DNA of 58,505 nucleotides, filler included, from Sphacelaria rigidula (Eukaryota): the NCBI GenBank assembly GCA_964200075.2. It is 8 parts of 8 records of this genome, joined end to end, with 100 filler letters (N's around TTAATTAATTAA, not from the genome) between each part and the next. Parts side by side here need not be neighbours in the genome. Positions count along the whole stretch, not along the records: positions 36,631 to 43,855 come from CAXNAA020015876.1; positions 43,956 to 51,180 come from CAXNAA020015877.1; 6 more parts are not named here. One strand, 5' to 3'. The stretch's first letter is position 1; every line of letters begins with the position of its first letter. Positions 36,700 to 48,817 of the stretch are shown here, piece after piece. The notes beneath the pieces were generated by a model that was not told where the DNA came from, did no database searches, and saw only the letters and a program-made list of their open reading frames with translations. The translations under genes and the position numbers were made by a program.

Positions 36700-39300
36700 A
36701 GCCTCAGAAAATATTTCTGTACCCCTACCGCAGCATCAGTCCGGTGCCTGGTGCTTCAGGGGCGTCGCTCGCCGCGGCTTCGGCGTTGGTGACCTCCATA
36801 TCGGCGCCATACTCGGAATAGTAAATGATCACGCTGAATTATCCCACGTTGCTTCGAGAACACGCTTACGGTACGGTGTGCCACCCGATAGGTGCTATCC
36901 TCCGATGCGTTTGTTCTGCTCACACCAAGTGTCTCTGCGATGGACTCTATCCCTGCCCCCCAATACCGGCTCATGATCGCTTTCGCCATACGGTACAACA
37001 AAAGGTGCCAGTCACCCACGTATACTCTGGGCAAGTGATAGAGGCCGGGGTTACTCCGGATAAGATGATACATGAAGCTAAATATTTCCTCATCGCCGGC
37101 AACCGTACATGCCACCGCCGCGCCCCGCTCATCCACGCGGCGTATGTCAGCGAGACGGTCGATGGCGGCCTTCGAGTCGGACCAACTCTTCGTTGCGTCC
37201 AGTTGCATGACGAGGTACTTGAAGACCTGCGGATCCCTCTGCATCATCATATCGCTTAGTGAGGCAATTTGAGCATGAGACCAAACGAGGGCGGATGATG
37301 CGGGGTATACAATCCGTCAGGCATTTTTTGCCCTCACACCTTCGATCCATACCCGTTTGCAAGATGGGCACGTGGAGTCATGGGGCCGCCCTTTATCTAC
37401 CGCTGCACGCGACTTTAAATCTGGCATCTCAAGTGGGAGGAGCATTCCCACATCCTCGAAAATATTGCCACATATTATTCCTCTCTTACTCGATTACTCG
37501 TGTTTCTTCACAACGGGCATTAGATACCTGATAGGCAAGATACGAAAGGCGACTATAGGGATTTTGAACCTACAGCTTTCCAACCTACTTCGCACGAGTA
37601 AATCCAGTTGAATTCTCCCGGCACAGCGGCCGCTCAAATTCATGTCAGAACTGTACAGTCGAGCACTAGCCAATATGTAAACAAGATCAACTTCAAGCGA
37701 GCTCAGCCCCAACATGACAATATTGTCACGCCGCCGAGCCACACGCAGAGGCGCATCATGCTGGCATGTTCCGACAATAATATCCCGACCAAAAGTGGAG
37801 AGAGAGACCTCCAAAACCTCGCGTACACATTCGGACTAAGAGGATCCGAAAATTGACTACTTTGTTTACCTGTCTGAGTTCGATCTCCACGCACGTGTCG
37901 ATATGGCCACCTTCACCTCCGATCCTTGCCACCGCGCAACGGAATGCTGCATCATCGAAGATGGAGAGGTAAAGCTGCCACTGCTCGCCGTCCCTGTGCC
38001 GGAGGGGTCTCGTCGTCATTTCCGCGGCCGCCAGGTTTCCCTGCCGGCGGTGCGCGTGCATGAACGACAGATACCCAGACAGATCTTCCACAGCCACGCA
38101 GGTGGCCGATATTGTACTCATAAGTGCGTCGACCCACGTAACACTCGTCGTCGGCCGAAAATCGCAGTTGTCCCAAGGAATCGCAGCAGCCGTCAATACA
38201 AGGGCCATGGGATTTTTGTCCGATCTCCCCTTCACGTAAAAATGCTCCCGCTTGTAACGCATGGACTCTGCCATGCAGAATCCGTGGGCGGCAACGTAGT
38301 CAATGATAGCCACTGGTGTTCCGTACGTTTTTAACGCCTGCGCTAAATGGAAGTCGTGCATTGCTCTGAGTCCCCGGCCTAAAACCGTCTTCACGAGGTT
38401 TGCGCGAGCATATACAGCCTCTCAACTTGCCTTTTCCTCGCCCTCATCTTCTTGCACAACGCCTTCTCTCGTGGTGTCGATCCAGGTGTTCTGATACTGG
38501 CTACGAAATCTCCTTGCCTAGTACTCATTCCGTCCTTCACGGTTGGAAAACGCAAGTCTGGATCATCACTCAACGAACTCAAAATGGCACAGACTGCTCA
38601 GCAATGCCAACAGCGCCGGCGGTGTATCATCCGTCAGAAAGTGATGCATGGGTCGAATATTCCTCCATATTTCGGCTGCGTATTTCTGGTCCATATTCCC
38701 GGATACGTTCCTCAGTTCTTGTACACTCTCGATGTCCATCCCGCCCACCCGCGATGACCACAGCCCATTTTTCCTCACCCGAACCGGAAGCTGTCACCCG
38801 CTGGAGCGCAGGTTCACCCGGTTGTCCACTGTCGATCCGAGCGGTGGGGTGGGAGACGGAACACTCCAGTTCTCGTACCCTGGCACGCATGTTGCGAAGT
38901 TCAACGTCGGCTGCCATGGCCGCCGCGGGCGTCACCACCGAAGGAACGAGAAAAATGAACTTGCACCGTCCATCGCATGCAGTCCTCTCGACCCGCTTAT
39001 CTTCTCTAGCTTGGCGTTGACTGCGCCAGCCGCCACTATCGCATCGCAAATTCCCAGCGCTTGCTCCCCGGTGCGCTTGTCTAGAACACGCCGGGCGTTT
39101 GCTGAGGTTCTGGCTTCGGTCAGCCAGGATTGAACATCCTCGAGCCCCACCACGCGCCCCGCCTCAACGGGCGCAATTACTTTATGGTTTGCTTCTGCAA
39201 CAAAGTCCGGTTCGGCAGAGGAAGCAGGGGAGTTCAACCCACGGTCGCAGGTGTGCAGCAAAGCGGACGGAGGGACTTTGCCTTCCGCCTATCATTCGTG
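36700..39300 (-). pseudogene. Frameshifted Academ-like (DUF6589-type) DDE transposase
   Basis: Ordered motifs on the minus strand: AIIDYVAAHGFCMAES, WDNCDF (38158-38175), CPSC..KKCLTDC, VAGDEE (~37090), VGDWHLL (~37010), STYRVAHR; split over at least 5 ORFs; probable intron donor at 37869; family assigned from motif recall, not a database search. Confidence 0.6.
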
Positions 39301-39590
39301 ACCCTGTGTTGGGTCAAGGGAGCGCCAAAAACAATAATGCCGACTGCATGAGCAATCTGAAGTCGGTTGGTAGCCGATCGTACATTATCACCATCCGCAC
39401 ACGAGTCCAGAGACAGCCCAGCCTCCGGTAATCGTGCCACGCCAAGATCCGTGCGTTTTCAACATCTGGCAGGCGAAGCACAGTCGCGAGACCGGATCGT
39501 GTATCTGACCGCAAGAGGAGCACGTGTCGCATCCGTCGTCGTCGACGGGGAACTGGATGCCACACACATCGCGACCGCGAACCCGCTTAC

Positions 39591-39889
39591 AACAACGTTT
39601 TCATGAAACTGAGAGTTGAAGGTACGATTGAGAGTGAAAAGCGGTCAACTAGTGAATAAGCCGTTTCAGTTCCGAAATGCACGTCCACCAAGCCCAATAT
39701 TCTATCTGTAGTAGCTTGCCACTGAGGCCCTCGATACCCCTAGGTAGGATATCAGCGTGTAGCTGTAAGCACATGGCAGTGATGAGACGACGAAAAGCAC
39801 ACACGGAATGAAAAATTGGCCAAGTTAAAGCGAATGATCGAAGCCGCTCTTAATCTGCACCCAACTCTCAATCTCACGAAAACCTTGTT
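39591..39889. mobile_element. TIR MITE family B
   Basis: TIR aacaacgttttcatgaaactgagagttg / caactctcaatctcacgaaaaccttgtt; homologous to 6467-6777. Confidence 0.8.
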
Positions 39890-42367
39890 TTACGTCCTCT
39901 ACGCTCCCTCATACCACAAACCGGATTACACCCTACCGACGCGGCAAGCTCCCTCGTGCAGCTAGCATGATTGCGGGGGGGGACTCTGAGAACTACCGCC
40001 TTGCCTCGACATCCTCCCTGTTTCACCGCGCCCGCGACGTTCACGATCATGATTGTCGGGGAGTGCTGTGCGGCGGTCGGGGTGCCTCATCACCTGGCTG
40101 GCAACCCCGTCCGTTGGCGCCGGCGCTACCTGCTTTTGTTCCGAAGCCGCCAAGGATGAGCTGCCGATACCTTCCACCCGGCCCTTATCGACCCCTGGGG
40201 TGGCAACTTCTATGCAGCCGTTTCCTTCTTCCGCTTCGATTTTGACGCGCCTGCAGGAGTTGATTGCGAGGTGCATGGTGAGCCTCGTCGCTTGCTACGG
40301 TGTACCGACGGCGAGGAAAATCCTCTTTGAGACCCTCGAAGGGGATCCAACCCTGCGTTGCATGGGGATGCGGATGCCTGTGCTCCCTTGGGAGAGTCTC
40401 CTGCCAACACCTGAGTTTCCTTAACCCCGTTGCTGTGCTGCAACGTAGCCCTCTGTTGTTCAAGCCATGCTCCCCATGCTCTGCCAATCTCCGGGCTGTT
40501 CGTCGCGATCCTCTTCCGTCTCGGTGTACGTGCGTGAGCATGCGGGTGTGTGTCTCTGCCGGAGATGGGTGGCGTACGTCTTTTCTTCGCCTTGGTTGAC
40601 GGAATTGAATTCTACATCTCCACGAGTTTGCCGTCATCAGCTCTCCCGATTTTGCGGATGTTTTACCTACTTCGTTGAGAGGTACTGTCGGTGGATTTCA
40701 TGGCGATATCTCCCGCGTATTGTTTTCCGACGCCGAAGTAATCGAGATTTCACAAGTCGCGCATTCCCCCCCCGATCGACATTTAATAGTGTTACATTCT
40801 GCGTTTGGACGGTTGTTGCATCCCTCCGACGCCTGGTTTTCTACAGATGCGTCATTAGCGGACGCGATGGACGCCTCCGAGGCACTGAACCGTACAGTCG
40901 CCGTATCGTTTCCGTACAAAGGGGGGCTCAGCCACTCTAGCGCTGAGACCCATTCGCCGGTGTAACCCCCGGCGATGTCCCTCACATTTTTCGCCGACGC
41001 TATTCTTTCGGAGTGCGTAAGTGGACATCCACTTCCAACCGCGGATGTAGCATTTGTCGGGCGGGATGTCAGCGGGAGTGGTGCAGGCAATCCACCAGCT
41101 GTCCGGACGAGACGGAACATCGATAGGCAGGCACAACGTATTAACCGTGTGGTCTTTTGGATTTTGTGATCGTAAGAGTCGGGGGTTCGTGTGAAAGGAT
41201 GTTATGCCCACGGGCAGGCATCCTTACGTTTGTGAAAAAAACACAATTATCAGCGGGAACAAGGCGAAAGCATTCAGGTGCGTGGGATCTGCAGGACTTC
41301 TATTTCGCGCGGTATCGGTGCATCAGATATTGTGGTCCTCTTACCTCGAGATCAATTGCGATGCCGAATTTCACGTTCGGTCTGCCCCGGCCGGCGTCGC
41401 GGAATTGCTCCAGGTATTTCGCCGCAACTGTGACTCTTCGAGGTCTTCCAGTCTGCGGTTGGCGAATGTACCGAGGAGCGGATGTGTGTAGGACTGTACG
41501 TCAATTCGAATGATCCCAAGTTTCTTCAATCGTGCGGTTATAATGCTGTGCCATCCAATGAGAACGGAACTTTATTTGCCGCGCCCATATCTCATGGTCG
41601 CTGCATGCGATCGTCGTACTGTAATACCGTCCGACTTCACAACTCGAACGCTCTGTCGACGCATACTCGGATGATTTTGCTTCACGTAGGGGGTCGTTGG
41701 AACCCGGAGGAAGGTTCCCAACATGCAATCGTTGCGCAAAAAAGGACACCAATTGGGATTAATACCATTCTTCATGTATTATCTAACCGACAGAATTTCA
41801 CATCAGCCACGGCTGCATGTCGCACATCGTGAATCTTGATGACTCGGACATGACCGTGATATATGCACTATAGTAGTACTGTACGTATCAATTATTCTTG
41901 CAGTCGACGCTGTTTATACCGAGCATTACACTTCACAGGCTGTGCAACACTCTGTGCTACATTGCACTTCACTGCACGCAGTTGTGCTGCACAGGCTTGT
42001 ACCGTACTGGGGTGAACAGCTTGCACCACACGAAGGGGCTCTCTACCGCACCATGTGCTGGTGTGGAGCAAAATTATAACTTTCAAAACTTTAGTCAAGT
42101 GTTTACTTTTGTGACATCGATGAATTTACGTGAATCCTCTTTCGATAGAAAATTTGCTTTGTTTACACGGTGAAACACTCTTCTGTGTCTCTCCCACAGG
42201 TCTTACGCGAGCGCCGTGCTCTCCCATGAAACCGGGGGATAGGGTTCAGGGGGGGGGGGGGGGTCCACCCCGAGCTGCACGGATTCTGCCCTAACTCGTT
42301 GCATATCGCACTGTTTCGGTTTCTATTTGCAAGAGAACCTGCCTGTCTATATAATATGAACATACAA

Positions 42368-42782
42368 CAGCCTGGATTCGTTTTCGAGGTTCAACATGTG
42401 GGTGAGGTTCAACCCGAAAACAGTGCTTTCCCTGACCTAAAGTCATTATTGATGAATTTCATATGGACGACCTCATGCTCCCCGACCTCCTTGAAACTAT
42501 TTTCGGGGGTTGCCCGTCTTCCGTGCCCCCAAGGTTGATACGCGAAAGCATCAATTTCGAGCTGAAAGCGCCCCCTTTTTCGCCTCCATATCGCGGCAAA
42601 AAAATGCTTTCGCACATGCGCCTTGGGGGTACGGAAGATGGGTAACCCCCCAAAATGGTTTCAAGGAGGTCGGGCGGCATCAAGTTGTCCACATAAAATT
42701 TGTTGATAATGACTTCAGGTCAGGGAAAGCACTGTTTTCGAGTTGAAACTGATCCGTTGAACCTCAAAATGGATCCAGGCTG
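42368..42782. mobile_element. Foldback MITE with long TIRs (CAGCCTGGAT termini)
   Basis: Arms pair over ~180 bp (cgaaaacagtgctttccctgacct/aggtcagggaaagcactgttttcg); the same terminus occurs at ~11592-11619. Confidence 0.9.
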
Positions 42783-43564
42783 TTATACCTTGATCGTCCA
42801 CGCGTGACATCCTTCTGCCCTTGCCCATGCACAGTAGCGTCCTTGCAAAATTGGAATATTTTCCATCATTCTCCGTTCTTCGCCGTTATCCACACTCTGG
42901 ACGATAGACACAATAATAGTCCATTGCTTCAGCAATAGACACGGGGGTAAATTATCCATACTGTATATATAATCGAACACGATAGATAGTGAAACACATC
43001 TATCGATATGTATTACAAGGGACAATATATGTTGCAATATTAGTCGATCGATAGCCTATGGCAATTGCAATAGAGAAAGATCCCTCGCCATCGATGAAAA
43101 TCGTGTACCTCAATAGATTCTGGGTTGTATATATCGATAGCCATGGCCGTAATCAAAACGTTCGGTGAGCCATCCATCGATACTCATTCATTTCCGTCAT
43201 CGATAGATTGGGCGAGCGATCCATTAATATATGTTACCGTCATCAATAGATTTGTTGAGCCGCCTATCGTAGCCTCTGCCGCCAAAAGGCATTTTGGGGT
43301 ATCTAAAAATGTGGTCATCGCCGTCAACAATCAGTTATTCTCGGGAGCACCTATCGATAGCCCGTGACTCCAACAATAGGTTTTGACAAAATATATTGCT
43401 CATTGCAGTGGTCTGATGACATCAACGGCAATGCTCCTCACACATGAACACGCAACTACCCGAGACAGTACTCGTAGCTGCCCATAGCTTCTGTGGAATA
43501 AGGTGGACATATACATTGAAAAATGTGCACACATAGCGCTAGTAATCGACGTCATTTAGCTACT

Positions 43565-43790
43565 GTTATGGTCAGTAATGGATATTGGTGGTCGCGATTC
43601 AGATTGCGTTGTGACCAGCGATATACATTGGTGGCCGCGATTCAGAATATATTGTAACCCTCAATAGACATTGATGGGCGCATTTTAGATCCTATTGTGA
43701 CCAACAACATGTATTGGTGCCCGCGTGGCAGATCCTATTGTGATTGGCGATATACATTGGTGGCCGCATTTCAGATCCTATCGCAACAAA
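43565..43790 (+). repeat. Degenerate ~44-bp tandem repeat (tgtgaccagcgatatacattggtggccgcgattcagat)
   Basis: About 5 diverged units, preceded by an ATCGAT-rich tract at ~42900-43370. Confidence 0.7.
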
Positions 43791-43855
43791 TAAAAGGACA
43801 ATGGCCTAGAAAAGGTATACCTTCTCGGTTTTTGCCTAGGAAAGGTACGAAAAAT

Positions 43856-43955
43856 NNNNNNNNNNNNNNNNNNNNNNNNNNNNNNNNNNNNNNNNNNNNT
43901 TAATTAATTAANNNNNNNNNNNNNNNNNNNNNNNNNNNNNNNNNNNNNNNNNNNN
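43856..43955. other. Artificial contig linker
   Basis: Same spacer. Confidence 0.98.
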
Positions 43956-46615
43956 TTCTGCGCCTGCTGTTTTCTGCCGCTGTAGAGTTGACCGGCCTGT
44001 TCTTCTCATGGGATTTCAAATTTCGTTTATTATCCCTACTGATGCATGCAGTTGTAGGCTTGGCCAATGAAGATCTAGATCTACTGTAGTTACGACTCTT
44101 GCTCATTTCCCCGGCTGAACAGCACACAGATTTGACTTTTCGGGCGGCTGCTGTCGGAGGTGGTTCTACGATCTTGACGGTTCCTGTCTTGTTCGGCGGA
44201 AACACTGCGGCTGATCATGCTGTCCCCATCCTCAAACATTCTCCGGATAATACCCTAGTCGTGAGTGCTGACTCGATCCTTTTGTTCAACGTTTTCGAGT
44301 TTTGAGCAACCTGCATGCCAATGTAGTGTAATGCTCCACCGCAGTTGCTAATGGGAATTTTAAAATCTCCGAGATCTACGTGGGAATCACCCGAAAAGAC
44401 GGTTGACGCTAGACAGAGAGCAGCTACTCAAGCAATGGACAACTGCTATAACGCATGCTGATCTCTGGAGTGAACGGTACCACACATTCACTCAGCGGCA
44501 CCGGTTTTACCCCGCACCGCGGGTCTTGGAGAGTGCGGTTCGTGCACAGTCACGAACTGTTTGCTGGCTGTTCAACGACTGTTGCCTTGTGCTGTACTCG
44601 GTGCTTTCTTCTCAAGGTTGGAAAGTAATGAGGTGTCGGTTCGATTTGTCTTTCGCAGCGAACAGGGCGCTTCGGGCCCAGACCCATTATTCCTGTCCCG
44701 TCGATGACACTGTGTAGTGTGGTGCGTATGGACCGTGCGAAGGCGATTCAATCTACGCTGGTGGTTGCCCGAACTGCTGTACTGCTGCTGCGTCCCGGTC
44801 GGTACGAAAATCGTAGTCGGCACGCAGTGCTGTCTATAAAGTCATGGCGTGGTGCTGTTGGATCTTTTGTAAAACGAGCAAGGCGCTTCGAGCACAGACC
44901 CACATGCTGTAGTTGTGGTAATAATGTGGTACGTTCGAACCGTGCGAGGATGGTTTGGTCTGCGCTTAACATTGCCGAAGCTGCTGTTGTCCGGTATATA
45001 ACACGGAATCTTACAAATTGGGGAAGAATCTTTTATAGATTGCCCTGTGTCTAGGGCGCTTCCAATTTCAATATATTTCGGTGTTCGTGACCTCGCCGTC
45101 TCGGATTTCGGCGGTGAAACCGGAGTGGTCTCGGCTGACCCTTCTACTCTGAAGTGACGATGTCTGCCCGTAATTTATTTTGTAATTCACACGTGATATC
45201 TATCTTCCATGGTTCGGACGAATCATCGCCGATTTGAACCACCAAATCGACGATTTCTTAAGCCTGATTGCTCGAAAGAGAGAAAAAAATCGACCGCTGG
45301 TCGAACAGGTCTCCACGCAACTTTTGCGCTATTCCCCGTGCCTGGGCTACGCGTACCTGGGTTGCAACGCTGAAAACAAAGCCTAAGGATTGATTCATAC
45401 GGTACGAATCAATTACACTAAAAACCGAATAATAGCTATCTTCGTAGGGTAGGCAGTGAAGGGACTGGTGGACTCGTTTCAGGACCAAAACGCCCAGGTA
45501 TTTAGCGTAATGTAAATGTTTCGTCTTGTGTCTCGTTCGAATCACGTGTTTCATGCTGCCTGTACCGCAGTATGGTTGCGTCCTAGCATTCCCTGACGAA
45601 AACTACGCTCCCCGCGCCTCGTACACAGTCCATGATAACCAGAGCATGTCGATGGCCTATACATAATGCATACAGTATCCGTTTTTGAACTGGCACGGTG
45701 TACTATAGTATTTGGTACAACACGCACCATGCGGGCATTCTATCAAAAAACAACTGGTTCACCAGAGTCTAAGTGCAACAACGATGGACTCGCTGGCATC
45801 TCTTCTGCGTATTTTCGAATTCGTGATGAAACATGAGGAGCACCACCGTGACGGGCTGCTACAGGGGAGTACAGCGCTTTAGGCACAAGCGCGGTGGCAC
45901 GATGTCGACAACACGGGAAACGCTAGCACGCGTGCTGCTCGAACATAACCCTCCTCGCGCGTGTAATTTATTTCAATGCGTTTTATTTAATTCAATGCAG
46001 AGGTAACCCTACGGGTGTGGAACCGATTCTACTGTTATGGGCGCTCCTGATCCACGAAAATGAGCCCAAAAAGTGTCGCCGACCAAAAGCACGAACAGAC
46101 CGGAGATCTCGTTCATCCCTTGACTATGCACGCCGTAAAATCCCTGAAAGTACTCTTGATTTGAGTAGAGTTTCCACTTCACGGTCTCAAAGTTTTCTCG
46201 TTCCGGAGTACGGACAACGGCGTGGCTCGGCAACTCACCGGCGTATATTTGTTCAAGCTACGATCGGACCCTATGGTTTTCGCAGACAAGTTAGGATGAT
46301 GAAGAAAATTGCAAAAAAAACATGTTTTTTCTCCCTTAATTCGTTATAAAACTCGCATCCTAATGAAATAAAAACAATTCATCCGGTACAATTGTAGCTG
46401 TCGTCTTGGCGCAGAAGATGCACGAAGTCGCATCCCAATCGATGGCCGTGGCGATGAGTATTTTCTTCAAAAGAATGGGCTGTAATCGCAAACACGCGCC
46501 TCCAACCCTCGCCGATTCCCACAAAACGCGAAAACCTCACCCCTGTCTAAGGTCGTGTTTTAACGAAACAAGGAAAATGATAATCATTTCGTGATAGTGA
46601 TACGGTAGTGACGGC

Positions 46616-46876
46616 TCCACACATCGGCCAGATCATGAGCTATCTGAAATACATAATCGAAGAGAACTCTCAGATACTTTGCACAAAAACACGAAACACG
46701 TGACAGTGGTGTCCGAGAAGCCAGAGCGTTACCTTATTTCCGCTAGACCGCGTGCTCGGCGTCCCTCGCTGTTGGGAGCTATTACGGAAATAGTGGCCAA
46801 ATGAGCGAGCTCATGATCCGGATCAGTACTCTAAGAAGTAATATCCAGGTAGCTCATCAGCTGTCCGACGTGTGGA
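46616..46876. mobile_element. TIR MITE
   Basis: tccacacatcggccagatcatgagctatctg / caggtagctcatcagctgtccgacgtgtgga. Confidence 0.75.
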
Positions 46877-46932
46877 CGGTTCACAGCTTCACTTTCACGA
46901 GAAATCACGCGCCGTTCTAATCGAGTATGCTA

Positions 46933-47149
46933 GGGTGGGAAACAAGTGATACGGAAACGGTAAAACAGCACGCGAATAGACCAGCGACTTCAAGGAGGAC
47001 GGCAATCACGCGCAAGGGGGTATGGGTATTGTCGCAGGTCGAAAGGCGGACCGCCTTCCGCACGAGAAGAAGGAGTAGCAGTAGCATCAGCAGCATCGTT
47101 ATTATTGCCAGTAGATGTACACGGCTGGGGGTGGGTCTAAATCAGCCGG

Positions 47150-47195
<46 letters not shown>

Positions 47196-47935
47196 GTTCT
47201 TACTCATGAGAGAGACGGTCCGCGTTTCGATCGTGCTGCAACGCGCACGCACCTTGCACGTGACAGCCACCGTGTTGGAAAGCGCTGGTCCGTACTACCT
47301 GTCGATAGGTCTATGCTTGCCCTCTAGGCTAAGTGCTGGGAGATATAGCTGCGCGCATCTCTGTGTGCGAGCTGTGCACGTCGGGTGTGCCTCGCACGCG
47401 TGGCTGCTGCTGGTGATGGGACTGAAGCCAGCGTCCAATACTCGAATACAGGGGAAAACAAGTGATATGTACTCGTACTGGAAATGCTACTACTGTACGG
47501 CGGTGACAACACGCAAACAGATCGTAGTCTACTTTGAATACTACTACTGTAGGAGGGGGCAAGAACGCGTCAGGTGCATGGGTACTGTCGCACGTCGAAA
47601 CGCGGACCGCCTCCCGCACGAGAAACGGCGGCGGCAGCAGCAGCAGCAGTGGCAGCAGCAGCAGCAGCAGTATCTTTACTGCCAGTAAATATGTACGGCT
47701 GGGGGTGGTTCTGAATCAGCCGGTGCCGATACTGCTGCTGCCGCCGCCGCCGCTGCTGCTGCCGTTTTTCCTCAGGAGAGAGACGGTCCGCGTTTCAATC
47801 GTGCTACAACGCCCACACACGTTGCGCGTGATAGCCACCATGCCAGAAAGCGCCGGTCGGTACTGCTCGCTGATGGGTCAGTGCTTCCTCACCAGGCTAA
47901 GTGCTAGAAGATACAGTTGTGCGCATCTCTCTGTG
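46933..47935 (+). repeat. Tandem duplication (~0.5 kb unit) of a hairpin element with CAG/CTG tracts
   Basis: ~46933-47375 and ~47450-47935 share gaaacaagtgata, gtacggctgggggtgg.tct.aatcagccggtgcc, gagagagacggtccgcgtttc and aggctaagtgct. Confidence 0.85.
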
Positions 47936-48309
47936 CACCTTTAATATATTTGGTTGGCATGTGTCGATGAACGAGATCTTCCAGGATTGCAGGGTATCAA
48001 TTTTGGAGAAAATCAGAGTTGAACATCGCGCGTGCGGGGGTGCTATCCACCAAAACCGGAGCTAAGTCCCATGTTACACGTGCATCGGGCCAGAACCCAC
48101 AACCAACAGTTGGGCAGCGAAAAACAGTGCGGCGCCATAAGCAGCCGAATAGTATGCACTATTGTGGTTTGTGGCTCTGCACTGCACTACTCTGTACAGT
48201 GTAGGACACCCCGGATAGCAGCTGCGACCGTTTTGTGCAGTTGTAGGTTTGATGTTTGTGTGAGGGGGGTGTTAAATAACCCCGTAAAGGTGCACCTTGA
48301 ACAATAAGG

Positions 48310-48817
48310 AATGGGCGCTTGTGAGGTGTTCTCATACTCTCCCAGCAATCCGCAGGCTCACTCCTCAGAAGAATTTGTGGTAAGAGAGAGCGTAGTCTTC
48401 GCGTGTTTACTCCAGTACCTCATTCTTTGCCGTTGCCGCCATAAACATACGATTCGTAACTCTTCACCCCGATACTAGAACGCTGGCTCCTGAACTCTTC
48501 ACTTTACTGACTGTATGTCACGGATCGCGGCGTGGCGTGATGGATGGAGATAGTACGATGATGGACCGTCGGTTTCAAAACGACATCACACCACGAGGGC
48601 TGATTGCGGGAACTGCCTAGTGCCGCAATCAGGGGTGAAGGAGGCAATCCGTCAAGAGACGGAATGCATAAACATGCCTCTTTACATCTGGTTGGATCCG
48701 GTTCTTTACAAGGATCGATTCAATCAGCGCCCTGGGGTTCACTTCTTGGAAGTGCCAAGTTACACCCCAAGTGGAAAAGAGAAATGGAATCGGCCTGAAG
48801 CTGTGATCAAGATATAG
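48310..48817 (+). pseudogene. Possible PIF/Harbinger-ISL2EU transposase remnant
   Basis: ACEVFSYSPSNPQA resembles DCTE...PSN; DGDSTMMDRRF resembles GD.VMADRGF; heavily decayed. Confidence 0.3.

Noticed and set aside
41501..41752. RRM-like start RLHVGNLPP
   Set aside because: No RNP1 motif follows and no acceptable splice sites flank it; probably coincidental
43956..44310. Possible minus-strand exon at a contig start
   Set aside because: All three frames downstream of the candidate acceptor contain stops, and there is no homology cue
46927..47688. 253-aa ORF with poly-Leu and poly-Gln
   Set aside because: Product of CTG/CAG tracts in a duplicated hairpin repeat
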